Shown here in pieces: positions 1-12,800 of a stretch of 64,000 nucleotides of DNA; position 1 is the stretch's first letter; each line of letters starts with the position of its first letter. Made by a program: the position numbers and the translations under genes. Under the pieces are notes generated by a model. The model was not told the DNA's origin and searched no databases. It saw only the letters and a list, made by a program, of their open reading frames with translations. This stretch comes from Chrysomallon squamiferum (Eukaryota > Animalia > Mollusca). Where the stretch lies: assembly GCA_012295275.1 (NCBI GenBank), contig CM022673.1:2356001-2420000 (forward strand), written 5' to 3'.

Positions 1-2104
1 TGTAAATCTGGATTACTGGGAGTTATTATTTTTGCCAATAGTGATTATGGTCAGCATATAAATTATATTAATTTTGTTTTTCATGGAATATCAAAATAAC
101 AAAAAATGACCTTCAGACAGGCTTTTTGTTTATAGAATATGCATTTTTCAAACAGGCAAGTAAATGACAATGTATACAAAGTTTATTTTATGTGTTTTCT
201 AAGCAATCTAATAATGCAATGTAATAAAAATAAAAATAACAATAATAATGTAGTTTATTTAATCAAGATATAATAATAACAATTATAACATTTTAATGAA
301 ATTAATATAATTATAAATAACATAAAATCAAATAATAGTAAAAAATAAAAAAACCACATTAAGATAATTATTTAGTTAGTCAACAATAGTTACTCATTTA
401 CTTGATAAAGATAAACACATTATCTCTGTGTAAACCAAATTAAATATTACTATCATAATGTCATACAGCTAAAAACAGAATACAATTACTTACTGGTAAC
501 CTGTAATAATTTAATGCACATTTAAATAAGCTGTTTTTCAGAGAACAATGAGATTTAAATAAAAATAAAAACAGAAATATAAACAAGTGTTTACTTCACA
601 AGGAATCAGTGGCAAATGATCAGTCATAAACATAATGAAACATTAAATATATTAAAACAGTATGTGTGGATGCAGGCAGGTAAAATAATGACCTACAGTA
701 AGTACAAATCTATTCTCTATCACCTTTGATTTAATTTATTAAAGATTCTGCTGTCACTCCAGATAGCAGTTAGGTGATAAATTTCAGACTAATATACTTC
801 CTTGAGGCAATTTATTTGTTTCAAAGCAGTTTTAATTGGTTTGTTCAAAAATATATGCCTGAAAGGCATATGTTTGTTTTGTATTAGCTAATACTGCCAC
901 CTGGTTTAATGTTATTTGTGAATTATATCCAATTAAATATTTTTTGTCAAAATAATGTGGAAATAAAACCTAAAGGCAAAACTGTAAATTTATTGAAAGT
1001 ACTTCATATATTCAGCTTTGAAATTTTTTAATTTTTTTAATTTTATTATTGTCCTAAGACAAAAGGAGATAACAGCAAATAACATTATCAAAATATATAT
1101 CAAATAGATTGTTATTGCTGTAATTTAAGTGCAAGTAAAATAAACTAAAAATAAAAAATAAAATTATAATAGATACCTTCTCAGACAAAGAAGAAAAGGG
1201 GATGGACTTTACTGTGTCAAAGAAAAATTATGTTCTAAATGTGAGCTTATTAGTATAATCAAATTTTAGTCTGAGTAGTGAAAAATATATACAGGTTTAG
1301 CAGTACCAAAAAAAAAAAAAAAACATACATTCAAAAAATAATTTTAAAAAAGCACTAGTTGCTATGCAAATATCTAATGTGATTAACACATTCTTGTAAC
1401 ATATTAACAGATACACATAACCAGCCCTTTTTTTATACCTGTATTGATACAGTGGCACTGTAAACGGAATCAGAGTAAAACAAACTCATTAAATAATGTG
1501 TAAATGAGGAATAACTTAATTATTATATGAATACATTGTAAAAATTTGTCAGGGTACACACCGAGAATTCTGTATCAGAAGGTGGACTGCAATTTATGTA
1601 GTACCACTCATCGTATTATTCAACAGTGGCACTGAATATGACGTTAATGTCACCAAGACAAACATTAACGGAATACACTCAAGAACAAGAAATAGCCAAA
1701 ACAGAGGACCAAGATGGACTTAGCCTGCTTCCTACAATGCTTTACCACTTAACAAGAACACAAGAAACAGAGTAACAATTACACCGATTGCAAGTAGAAA
1801 AATAAAAAATAAATATTATTTGGTTCATTCGTAATGTTGATGGTTTTGGGGGGGGGGGTCAACAAGCTTGAATATCTAATTATTATTATAAAAAATATAT
1901 TTTGAATCTACAGTTTTGAAACTGTCGAGAATGTAACCTTTACTAAAATTTTAATTACTGAAAGACTAGTCCTGTTAAATAAACATAAAAACAAATATTC
2001 TCATAATTATAACACAGAGTCATAAAGCTTAGCTATTACTGACACAATAATTTCAGGTCCATAACATTTTTCTCAGAGATACAAAGTAATTTTCTAATAC
2101 TTAC

Positions 2105-2263
2105 AGTTATCTCTTCATTTTTGTAACCCAGTTTTTCTGCCAGCATGCGCCAGTCATTACCAGTCAGTGTTGCTTTGGGGTCAAGCTTATTGGCCAGCTT
2201 AAACCTTGTACTGTGGTTCATAAACTTGAACGGAATTTCTGTCATATTCAGTTTGTTGTGCAT
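2105..2263 (-). CDS. First coding exon of death-domain gene copy B' (gene continues off the left edge)
   Basis: MHNKLNMTEIPFKFMNHSTRFKLANKLDPKATLTGNDWRMLAEKLGYKNEEIT has the death-domain LDP..G.DWR.LA..LG motif. Acceptor at 2338-2339, GTAAGT donor after 2105. Near-identical to 14481..14639. Probable 5' UTR exon donor (GTGAGT) at ~6089. Confidence 0.85.
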
Positions 2264-3877
2264 TCTGATATCAACCTGGGTTTTAAAAAGTGGGATCACA
2301 AGGAAACATCCATGCAGACGGAAACATCATAATACACCTAAAGAAAACAAGTTTATTAACTTTAATTTGTGTCCAGTTAATTTTCTTCTTAAGATGTATG
2401 TATCTAAAATAAAAAAGTAAATGCACCACATAATTATTATAGCCTATTATTTGTTACAACAGTAACAATAATTATAATAAAAAATTATGACATTAATAAT
2501 AATAATAATAAACAAATAAATTATTTATTTATTATATGGAGTAATCAATCCAGTGGGTTTAGTATACTGTGAAGATGAAATGGATTCTCACAATAAAGTT
2601 GCTTAGCCATAAATTGATGTTTTTATGATTTTCATATACCCTAAATACTTTTCAAGCATGTATATTCAATGATTATATTGTAACTGATTCAAAAACACTT
2701 GAAATGGCAAACTGATCCATTACACAACCACAACATGATGGTACAAAAAACCCATTTCAAGTGCAGCTTTGTGTGTAGTCTGTGCAAGCTTGCTGGTTAG
2801 TTCAGATTGAAAAGTGTTCAAGCTAAACCATGACTGCTCATAACTGTGTTACAGAAATTCTTAAAAATAATTTTTCTGAATATTTATTTTGTTGTTTCTG
2901 TCTATACAATTCACAAACAAAAAAAAAGAAAAGAAAAATACAACAAACAACAATAATATTATTAAATAAATACTGTAAGTATTAGTATAATAAAGATTAC
3001 TAGACATTTTTGTTGTTGCTGTTGTTGATTTTGTGTTCTTATAAATGTAATCATGTACTGGTATGAATACTCCAGAATTTTTTTAAATCCCCACAAGTAT
3101 GATTTCTTTATTCATACAAGATTACCCCGTGTCATTTTATCTGTCATGCATGCAATGCAAATTTTGTCATTCAAATCACTCCATTCATACATGTATCTAA
3201 TACAATTTGCTTATATTTTTCATGGTATAGTATGATAGTGACAGTCATGTAAATAACAGTGGAATCACAATTAGTTATGTGGATGAACCTCAATTGAAGC
3301 TGAAACTAGATTCATGAGCACAACAAATCTTGAGATGGGTGACATCATCCTACTTAAAACAGATTTAGCTGAACATTAGTAGGTACTGTTGCATCTGAAC
3401 AAAATCACTACTTTCAATTCTAACTCACCAACAACAATTGTATTTTCATTCAAGTTTGAATAGGTTACTCAAAGAAGAAAAATATTTTCTGCAAGAATAT
3501 GCTGTTATTGATATTACACAGTTCTTAAACAGTTCAACCACAGATAGCAGGCCTGTCAATTCTCACACAACTGGCATGACTGTCACATATGTATAACAAA
3601 GACCATGCTCTCACACAAAGCTATTACAATCTCATATTAGATATATGTATATACACACATATGTTTATGTATGTATTGGTTTGTATTTTACATCACCTTT
3701 AAACCAGCCAAACCAGAATTGCAAACACCCATCTAAAGAACTGTTTAAAAAAAAAAAAATAGAGCAAAAATTACAATAAGATATACAATATGTTACAAAG
3801 TAAATAAATATCATTTCATTATCATGTTTACATAAAAAATAAATATCTTTTCACCATCTAAAGTATGGAAATGTAAA

Positions 3878-5499
3878 TGACTGTAGGAAAGTCACAGAAA
3901 AATAAATCACAGAACAAGGTCAGTTTTGAATAGGAAATAAAATCACAATTTTTTAACTATATATAGACAGTTCAACAGTTCAGTAGCATATATACTTATT
4001 TTCTTAATCTGTTCATTAATTCAGATTGGTTAAGCAGGTATTCCAACTGATCCACCAAGAGAACTCTGGTACTGTTTTACAGCCATGTACACGATCTTCG
4101 CATAAGTTATGTCGGCACTCCTGAAACTGCATGTATGCCTTCTTAACTCTTTTCTGTGTTCATGGGCCAACTGCATACTGTCTCAGTGTGATGTTGACTG
4201 AACCTTATTCTAACTGGAGCCACTCATTAGTTTGTCAGATGGATGGATGATGATGGCCAACTGAAGAACTTACTGTTCTATCACTCACAGATGTTGTTGG
4301 TTCTTGGACTGTATTCATTGTCAGATTTTGCACATTCCACAGTTCAGGAGGGAACATGGCAGTCTCATCACATTCTGAGAAACTGTAGGCCTTCCCTTTC
4401 TTCATTAAATGGTAAGAAGGCTAGGCTGTGTAATAAACCACAGAACAAGTAACTACTACACAGAGAACACCATCCTCAGCATTGATCTGCACATTAATGT
4501 CAGTACATTGGTCTATCACAGTTTGGAATAACCATTCATAAGTAACACAAGACTTGTTTGGCAGCGGGGCACAGACTAAAGTTATAATGAACTGCTAAGT
4601 GGAACATGAATCATATATCGCTGTTTGAAGATACCAAGTGCCATGGAAAAGGTACCATCTCCATGTACAGAGTGTCAGCATCATCAAGATGTTGGGCAAT
4701 AGGAGGGACTGATGAGTGTGCACACAGCGTGCGAGCGTGCATGCCCCTGTCCCAATTCTTTTAATTAAATAAATTACTTAATGAGTAGTTAGCATTAATC
4801 AGGCCCTGTGGATTGCTCAGTGCTTGGACCTGCAGTGCAGGCTGAATCCCAATCTCAAACCAGTACCAAATGAGAATAATAGCAGAGCCCAGAATACAAT
4901 CATTATAGAGTGCACAACTGTCATACAAAAGAAACTGCTCAGGATTAGGACCCACAGTTTGCAGAAATTCACCAAGGTCTTGAAGTGTTCTAGGAACTGG
5001 AGGAGTTAGCCATTGGTTAAAAAAGGTTTGTTTACATGAGATAGGAGCAGATATCAATGCATGAACCTCATCATGACACTGGGCTTGAGCTAGGAGCTGG
5101 CCAGGTTTGTTGCTGGTGTTGGTAGCCTCGGTTGTCATTGCATTTCAAGGGTGTTCCAATTGTAAATCTGTTATCATGCTGCTACAACACTGGCCACTGA
5201 ACATTTTAACTTCCACCACAGCATGTCTTTATGTACTGAATACTTGGTATACATAAAACCATCTCTGCTGATCTTGGTACCACCCCTATCACTTTGTATG
5301 ACTTATGTTGTTGGAATTTAAAACAAGGCATTTCAAAAATAATAAACCCTATTTATATGCATATGGTGTTGTCAAGGTTAACTAACAAAACCCCCATCTT
5401 GATTGGGAGTATTCTACTTCAGGTGTGACTTTGTTCTATGACCTTTTTCTTGTGAGATTTTTCTCTCCGATTTATTTTCCTGTGACTTTCTTCCGTTCA
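3878..5499 (-). mobile_element. Decayed Mutator-like (MULE) DNA transposon with FLYWCH + MULE transposase relic
   Basis: Minus-strand fragments with stops/frameshifts: RGGTKISRDGFMYTK..WWK (FLYWCH-like), FLLYDS, DGTFSMALGIFKQRYMIH, LVCAPLPNKSCVTYEWLF, FPPELWNV..PRTNNICE. Inverted ends GAAAGTCACAG(G)AAAATAAATC at ~3887-3909 and ~5469-5490. Flanks aaatgtaaa (3869-3877) and ctatgtaaa (5500-5508) look like a degenerate 9-bp TSD. Confidence 0.85.
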
Positions 5500-8400
5500 C
5501 TATGTAAACTGCCTTTTTCTTTTCTTCTTGTAACACTAACAGTGTGTTTAAAACACTTCCATTTTGGGCTAAAACACACTGGATTCCAGCTTATATTTTT
5601 TTCACTCCTTAAATTTGTCACTGGTTGATAGCTCTGAAATCTGGCTGAATTATTTGAGGGTTTCTTTACATTTTTCAACTAACTAAGGGTTGGAAGATTA
5701 TTTTTGATGTAACCTAATTTTGTTTTGATGACTAGTACGTTACATCTACGTAGAAAGTTTTGTTATTTACAAATAACTACGTTTAAATCATGGTTTATTA
5801 CGAAGTAATACGAGCAAAAATAAAACCACTGTCTGTCCTATAATATAATTATATATGATACATTCGTAATTTCTTAATGTTTTATTTGAATCATTATCAT
5901 GGATGTTGTTGTTTGCACTTCATGAATGTGTTTAGTCCAAATTTCTGCGACTTATTCTGATTTTTATTTTATTAATTTAATGCTGGCATGTGCAATGGTG
6001 TTTAATGTTATAAATGTATCTTTGTGCACGATGAAAAAATAATTGATAAATTATCTAGTTTATTTACAAACAAACGAAATATTACTCACAACAACATACA
6101 GATGATACACTGCCAATCAGGAAGTACCAAGATCAACCATTTTCAGAAACATCTGTCACGGTTACAAAAAGAAAAAAGAAATACATTTTCCTTAGCTAAT
6201 TAAAATTAATGTAATTATAAGAATTCATAATTATTAATATAAAATTTTGAGATTTTTCAAAATATGTTTTAATATGTAAATCCATTTAGTGCGGTACTAC
6301 AAATGTTGATTATTTTCTTCTTTCAAGTATTTCTTATTAATTCCTATACTTTTCTTAATTTATCATAAAATAATGCTGTGTAAAAACAACTGAAACTAGG
6401 GCCACCAAATAACGTTTTTTCCCCTATTTTTATTTTTTTATTTGTTATCTATATCATACGTGCGTTGGACACTTAACACGATTGTATCTAGCAAGGCGTC
6501 TGCTGCAATGAGTCTGGCCGAAATTCTAAAGTTTAAATTAAAGAGCAACATTCATGAAAAATGTATTTTAACATTATTTTGTATTCATATACCAGATTTA
6601 TAATAATGTATATGAAGCCTACCAGATTTATATATATATATATATAACTTCAGTAGGCTTCATGCACATTAAATTTGGAATGTGAAAATCTATATAAACT
6701 CTATCAGTATCAATTCCTAGTACATGTAAAAACCAATTTACCATCCTTCCAGAAAATCCAGAAACTTCAAATGCTGAAACTGGCTGCTTTCTGTGATGCC
6801 ACCACAAATGTACTGTTATATCTAAAAGATGAACAGAAAATGAAATCTGCTAGTTAAAAGGTATTTTAAGAATTTTAAGTGAATGAATAATGATAAAAAC
6901 AAAATGCTGTTTTAGAAGTGTCTTAATTTGTTCCTGTTAAATACAGTTTTATTTATCGTTTTTCACTTTTTCTTTTTTAACATTTTAAGTAATGATGGAA
7001 GCCTGACTCCAGAAGTTTAACCATCTCCAGTTGCAAGATTGCCAACTAAATGGTTCACAACGTGTAGGTTTGTTTGGGGGTTTTTTGTTGCTTGTTTGTG
7101 TCTTTTCCATTTTTTAATTTTTATTTATTTAGTTACTGCTATTGTGTTTTTATTTTGTTCATTTTTTGTGGTTTTTTCGTTTCTTTCTTTATTATTTTTT
7201 TTTTCTCCACCTGACTTCTCAAGTTAAACAATGAAATAAATATAAGAACATAATCAGAAAGAGTATAAAGTGATGTCTAAACTGAAATAATTGTTTTGTT
7301 TATATTCACATTATTATCATCAGTTTGAGACTCAGGTTAAAACAAATGATAGGAGTCCTATGCATTCATTTTTGAGGAGCTGAATCAGCATCTGATTCCT
7401 AGATTCAGATAAATATGTTAGAAAAACTATCATATCAACAAATAAACTTCACTGTATATTAAACCTTATTATTGAACGAAGTTCTTCTTCTGTCTGAAAA
7501 GTTCTCAATAAAATGATTCTGTGGCATGTTTTCTATTTCTTTTCTTTTTTTTAATTGCAGAAGCTGATCTATTGAACTGTTTTGTTTTGGGCATTTTCTA
7601 AATGATAGTGTTCAAACAAAAAACAAAATAAATTTAATATAAAAATATTTTTAATAAAAATAATAGAGGTTAATTTTCAGAGTCAACTATATAAATATGA
7701 ATTAAATCACAGGTAATTTCATTTGATACTTGCATAATGTCTCAATATACATTTCAAATAAGCAGATAACAATTAAGTATTAATAAATAATGAAATTTAT
7801 ATAAAGAATATCTGTAAGTGTTAAATCATGTACAAAAAAAGTAAATCACAATTTTATTTAGATCATATATTCCATGCAGTCAGCACTGATATTAGGCTCT
7901 TTAATGTATTTAAGACTACCCAGTCACTCACTAAGTTATTTTGTATTGCTCTGTGACTCCAGTTTCATGGAACATCCTACACATACAAATTCCAAAAATA
8001 TACTTTATTAGTTATTATCTTGAATACTAAAAATATATATATACTTAAAATGAATTATATAAATATAATAACACTATCTATGTTTAATAGCAAACCTATA
8101 ATTAAGTTGGTTTATATATACTGTCATAATATAAATATATTTATAAAGGTTAATAAAAGACGTTTGACACTGAATTATAACCATTAATATAAATAACATA
8201 CTTATTTCCATGTACATGAAGCAAAGTTTGACAAAATTCATAGTGTTCGAATGTTCTAGAACCCAGAGGTAAATATACTGTGATGAAACGTCACATAATC
8301 AAACAAAATTGATATAAAATAATCGGGTGTAATTCAGCATTACAATTATCACATTAATAAAATGAATCAAGATACATAAAATCTTATTTTAAGACAATTC

Positions 8401-8711
8401 TGTAACACTGAACATTTATAAGGTAAACATCTATAATTAAGCGGTAACATTTCCAATACATACAGTTAACATATATATTCTGAAGGTTTCACTTTGCAGA
8501 AAATAACTTCTGTAATTATATATTTTAAAGCTGATATCTTTGTACCGAATAAAAAATAATTTACTGTGATTACGTAACAAACATTTTATGTGGGTATACG
8601 TGTAAGGAATACTTCATTAACAAAATATAAAATTATCAAAAATAATTAAACAGAAATATTTTCTATGGTTACATATTAGAAGTTGGTGTATTTTTGGTAA
8701 TGAAAATATAA

Positions 8712-9335
8712 ATTAAGTATTCAAAATAATAATTTAAAAACAATTTTCTATGATTATTGTTGCTGTTGTTTACTGTTTTGTTTCATCAAATAAAAAATAG
8801 TTTATATTTTGCTAGTCAAATAATCAAATAAAGAATACTATAAATCAGTACCAATTAAAACTATATAACAAAGTAATATACATTTCTCATTTTAAATGCT
8901 TTAAAAACAAGTATCCAAAATAATTTTAAAATAATTTTCTATCATTTAAAAACAAGTATCCAAATAATTCAAAAATCATTTTATTGGGTTATTTTTATTT
9001 TTATTTAAAGAAAAAAAAATGGATATATTTCTGATGAATACATGTATTTTGCTACTCAAATAATCAAATAGGAATAATATAAATCAGTACCAATTAAAAC
9101 TATACAACAAAAAATTAAATGTCTCATTTTCAAGTCCTTTTAAATATCATTTTGGATTATTGCTCTAGTTTCTTTTTCTTTTTTATTCAAAGCAAAAGGT
9201 GATATATTTTCAATGAATATTTTACTAGTCAAAGAATTAAAAATTAAACATGTCAATATGTTAAAATAAAATAATTAAATTTCTAATTTTCCAGTGCTTT
9301 AAAAATAACTATTCAAAATAATATTTTAAAAATCA
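8712..9335. repeat. Degenerate ~200-bp AT-rich tandem repeat (about 3 units)
   Basis: Recurrent blocks gcta(g/c)tcaaataatcaaata...aatcagtaccaattaaaact...tttctcatttt; about 2 units in the paralogous region 18865..19285. Confidence 0.6.
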
Positions 9336-9821
9336 GTATGAAAAATGATTTCTCAGTTTCATGTGCTTTAAATCAAACATTCTCTAATGACAAGTTTCAG
9401 GTGCAGTGCCGTGAAATTTTATTTTAAAAATGTAAACACAAATCAAACAATTCCACCTCATCATTCACAGGAGAAATGTTTAAAATTATAACAAAATTTC
9501 CAAATTATTTCAACAGCAATCAATCTTTGCTAACAATAAAGGATACTAATAATAATAACATGCTAATCAGAACATTTCGTTCCAGATGTCAAATCAAATG
9601 TATAAAAATTAAATGATAAATCATTGCAAAGTTGGTTTATCCACTTAATTTATCTGGTGTTATGTCTTTAAATTAAACAGATTTCTTATTTTACCGTCAT
9701 ACTCAATGGTCAACAAAGTTTAGTACCCAGGAGGAAATAACTTGATAGCAACCAAAACATATCTAGGTTATTCATTCACAAGATCAAAGGTTCACAATCA
9801 AAATATCACAAATGTGAACAT

Positions 9822-12800
9822 TTATTTTTGCATCTGACATTTCAGGTGTTCAATCAGATTCTTTGTTGACATCTTCTTTTTAAAAATATATCTTGTAGTC
9901 GATTGCATCCAGCTGGGAATGTGACTGTCATCAGTCCTGATTCTTTTACTTACAAGTTTAACAGGAAACAGTCTTTTGTTTAGGAAATTATTCCTATGAA
10001 ATTCATTGTACATATGCATGTAAATTGAACGGGTATCCTGTTGATGGAGACTTGCCTCTGCTTCGTTCTGATGTGCACTGGTGTAGCTAATGTATCCTGG
10101 TGTAATACCTACTATAACACATGATGCCTGAAATAGATGTTTGTTTTAGTATTTCTTATCAACACGTAAATGTTTCTTAAACTAAAAAAAATATAAGACT
10201 TAATATTTCAAACATTATAATTGTTTGATAGTCACTTTTTAATACACAAATTTGTGTATCACTGCTAGAAGTGAAGCCTTTGTCAAAATATTTCTTACTT
10301 CTTAAAAAAATTTAAATATACAAGTCTAAATATTTCAAGTTTGACAATAGTTACTTTTTAATTTATACACTGTACAAATTCTTGTATTGTCTTCTACATA
10401 CATAATATATAACAAATAACAATTATAGTTACAAATCAAATTTTTTTTCATACCCTTTGTTATTTTAACATATTTATACAAACCTTATTAAAGAAGCTTT
10501 CTAAAGCCTCCACATGACTTTGCCTGTCTTTATGTTCAACTGATTCACTCAGCACACCTGAACCATAAATTCTGCTGCTCATGTAAACTATGACATTTAT
10601 TTGGTTATCTTCTAATTGTTTTATCAGCTCCTCAATCAAGTGTTCAATTTTTGTGTCATATTCCCTATCACCATATGTGATAAGCACATATTTTTGCAAG
10701 GCATCTGTTAAAAAACAACAACAAATAAATAAATAAATAAATCAAATTATGGTCTGATAACAAGTAATAAGAAAAAAGTATCCTAAATATAAAAAAAAAA
10801 AAAAAAAAAATTATCAAAAGTATTAAGGTTATGATGAATGATGACATTGATGGCTGGAGTAAGTTGCCACTACTCTAAAAGTCATAAACATTATTAAATT
10901 GTTATTATAATGTATTCACATACAAATGTACTGTTTGGGAAGGTTAGCCAATCGTTTGAGATTTTCTAGTGGTGCATCATGATCACTTAGACTTTTTGGA
11001 ATGCAGGATGACTTTGTATTTCGCAACCCAGCATCCTTTAGAGGCTGATTGGAATTGCACTCATCTGATCTCTGCCTGTAGTAATCTTTTCTTTCACCTA
11101 GTGGAACCAGATCAGAGTCTCCTGAAGAGAAGTCTTCTGATGTGGAGGTAGAAACCTCTTCCTCTCGTGCTATGTCAAAATCATCACTTCCATGTGAAGG
11201 TATATTCATCATCAGATTCTGAGCTCGGAAAATGGCTTTGGGCAACGGGACCTGATCATCTCTCATAACTATATTATTTTCAACAATTGAAAATTCATCT
11301 CTACTATTTAAATCAGGTTGCACCACCATGCTGCTGTTATCTTCCTCTGTCAAAAATGATCTCATGTCCTGTGAAAGATTGTTTTGTCTTGACTGAACTT
11401 CCATTTCTCCAGTGTGATTGTTGTGAACAGGGCAGCTATTGCCATTATAAGTAAATGATGGATACTGAGTCTTCTGACTGTGTGGTCTTCTAATGTGATC
11501 ATTCGTTTGTGACTTGTATGGAGATGGAAAGGGATAGTATTCATAACTGTTGTACACAGCTGGGTGTACATGCCTGCTCTGTGATGGCTGACAGCTGTAA
11601 TTACAGTGATAGTTAGTGCTATTTGAAGGATAGGAATTTGTTTGAGGCCAGTGTTGTAGTTCATGCTCTATAGGCTGACTTCTGTGTTTTCGCTGCACCT
11701 CCATTTCTGCATTGTAATTTTTTTCAATTTCTGCAAAATACAAAAGGAAAAACTGACTTACATACATATATAAAACAGTCCATACAAGCATTGCTCCTCC
11801 AGAACTTTGACATACTAACATAGAAAGTTTATTCTTGACCTGAGAATTCCTTTACAATATAATTGCCATATATATCTGTTACCATTACATATCCTGATGA
11901 AAACAAAGGCAATTCATTTGTTAGTTTTTTAATCAGTTAACATACGTACCCGGCAAAGCCTCTTGTAACACTTCCAGAGCATCTTTACGTTCCATTTCTT
12001 GCAAAGCTTCAAGTACTCTGTTCACAGAACAATCCTCCTGCTTTTCATAATGAGCAAATAACTTGAGAGTGTTACGTCCATCTTCTGACCTCTGTGCTTC
12101 AATTACCTACGAAAGAAAAATATACATTTCAAAAAAAATCTTTATTTCCATTTTTAATAACAACACTATGAGCAATAATAACAGATAGTAAATCATTTAT
12201 TTTTATTCACAAAAACTTACAATAGGATGGTGTTGATCATGTTAAATGTAAATCTGGATTACTGGGAATTATTATTTTTGCCAATAGTGATTATGGTCAG
12301 CATATAAATTATATTAATTTTGTTTTTCATGGAATATCAAAATAACAAAAAATGACCTTCAGACAGGCTTTTTGTTTTTTAGAATATGCATTTTTCAAAC
12401 AGGCAAGTAAATGACAATGTATACAACGTTTATTTTATGTGTTTTCTAAGCAGTCTAAGACGTAACCCTATGCTGTCAATTGTTTTGCAGTATCAGTCAT
12501 GTGGATGAAAAAAAATATGAAACTATTTAATACACTGCTTGACAAGTGAACTAAATGCCATGAAAGTATTGTCTTTATTAATTTTATTATTATTATTCTT
12601 TAATGCACTGTAATAAAAATAAAAATAACAACTATAACGAAATGATGTAGTTTATTTAATCAAGATATAATAATAATTAAAACTGAAAAACACATTAAGA
12701 TAATTATTTAGTCAACAATAGTTAGTCATTTACTAGATAAAGATATTCACATTATCTCTGTGTAAACCAAATTAATTATTACTATCATAATGTCATACAG

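Larger units (their letters stand above)
1..10927. repeat. Tandem segmental duplication, left copy (matches 12247..20789; runs off the left window edge)
   Basis: Position 1 (tgtaaatctggattactggg) re-occurs at 12247. Colinear high identity with indels continues through introns, exons and intergenic DNA up to acatacaaat (10918-10927) vs acatataaat (20780-20789), where similarity stops. Confidence 0.95.

Noticed and set aside
1550-1750. Open frame and stem-loop (ggtggactgca...tgtagtaccact) in the B' intron
   Set aside because: No start codon or recognisable domain. It may be the 3' end relic of a CR1/L2-type LINE, but that is too weak to call.
2145-2420. Plus-strand hydrophobic 91-aa ORF (and its twin at 14521..14796) resembling a small membrane protein
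   Set aside because: It is the antisense shadow of the death-domain exon; its conservation is explained by the duplication.
4761-5138. 125-aa ORF as a separate gene
   Set aside because: Fragment of the decayed MULE transposase running into a small nested insertion.
10916-11821. 301-aa single-exon gene with hydrophobic N-terminus
   Set aside because: The first ~30 codons are intron/polypyrimidine tract; the real exon is 11730-10924 of gene B.
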